Shown: positions 15,635-15,639 of the stretch, piece after piece | Layout of the letters: each line of letters starts with the position of its first letter | How positions within the stretch are numbered: position 1 is the stretch's first letter | Assembly: GCA_042216335.1 (NCBI GenBank) | Contig: JBDGTY010000067.1 | Span: 1-15,639 of the forward strand | Source: Candidatus Nanohalobium sp. | GTDB lineage: Archaea > Nanohalarchaeota > Nanosalinia > Nanosalinales > Nanosalinaceae | Reading direction: 5' to 3' | DNA: 15,639 nt | Notes under the pieces: model-generated | Told to the model about the DNA's origin: nothing | What the model saw: only the letters and a program-made list of their open reading frames with translations | Database searches by the model: none | Program-made: the position numbers and the translations under genes

Positions 15635-15639
15635 CGAAT

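Noticed and set aside
1-15639. tRNA, rRNA, SRP or RNase P genes, transposases and integrases
   Set aside because: No recognisable signatures by eye. A covariance-model scan would be needed to exclude divergent RNAs.

Overview
Archaeal chromosomal segment of about 50% GC with acidic proteins, most consistent with Nanohaloarchaeota/DPANN (inference). The left two-thirds is housekeeping: a partial DUF5794-like membrane protein, FxsA, M42 aminopeptidase, a MacB/FtsX-type ABC operon with a COG1361 protein and a frameshifted ATPase, an OB-fold protein, ThpR, a PRC-barrel protein, an orphan AbrB plus VapBC, RadA, RPA, a single histone and a winged-helix protein. The most striking element is the ~1.4 kb mostly non-coding block at 11719-13107. 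It has eight copies of a 27-bp palindrome (TGAGTGTTC-N9-GAACACTCA) in mirror-symmetric spacing (25/77 bp left, 76/26 bp right) within ~130-bp degenerate inverted arms. It also has a second repeat family (AGGTATATC) in its core, one 73-aa ORF, and a sharp C-rich to G-rich strand flip across it. It could be a non-canonical replication origin, a centromere-like site or a recombination locus; the sequence alone cannot decide. To the right lie glyoxalase I, a NikR-like regulator with a divergent ZIP transporter, a frameshifted RibL-like fragment, and small ORFs ending in a ~66% GC foreign-looking stretch.
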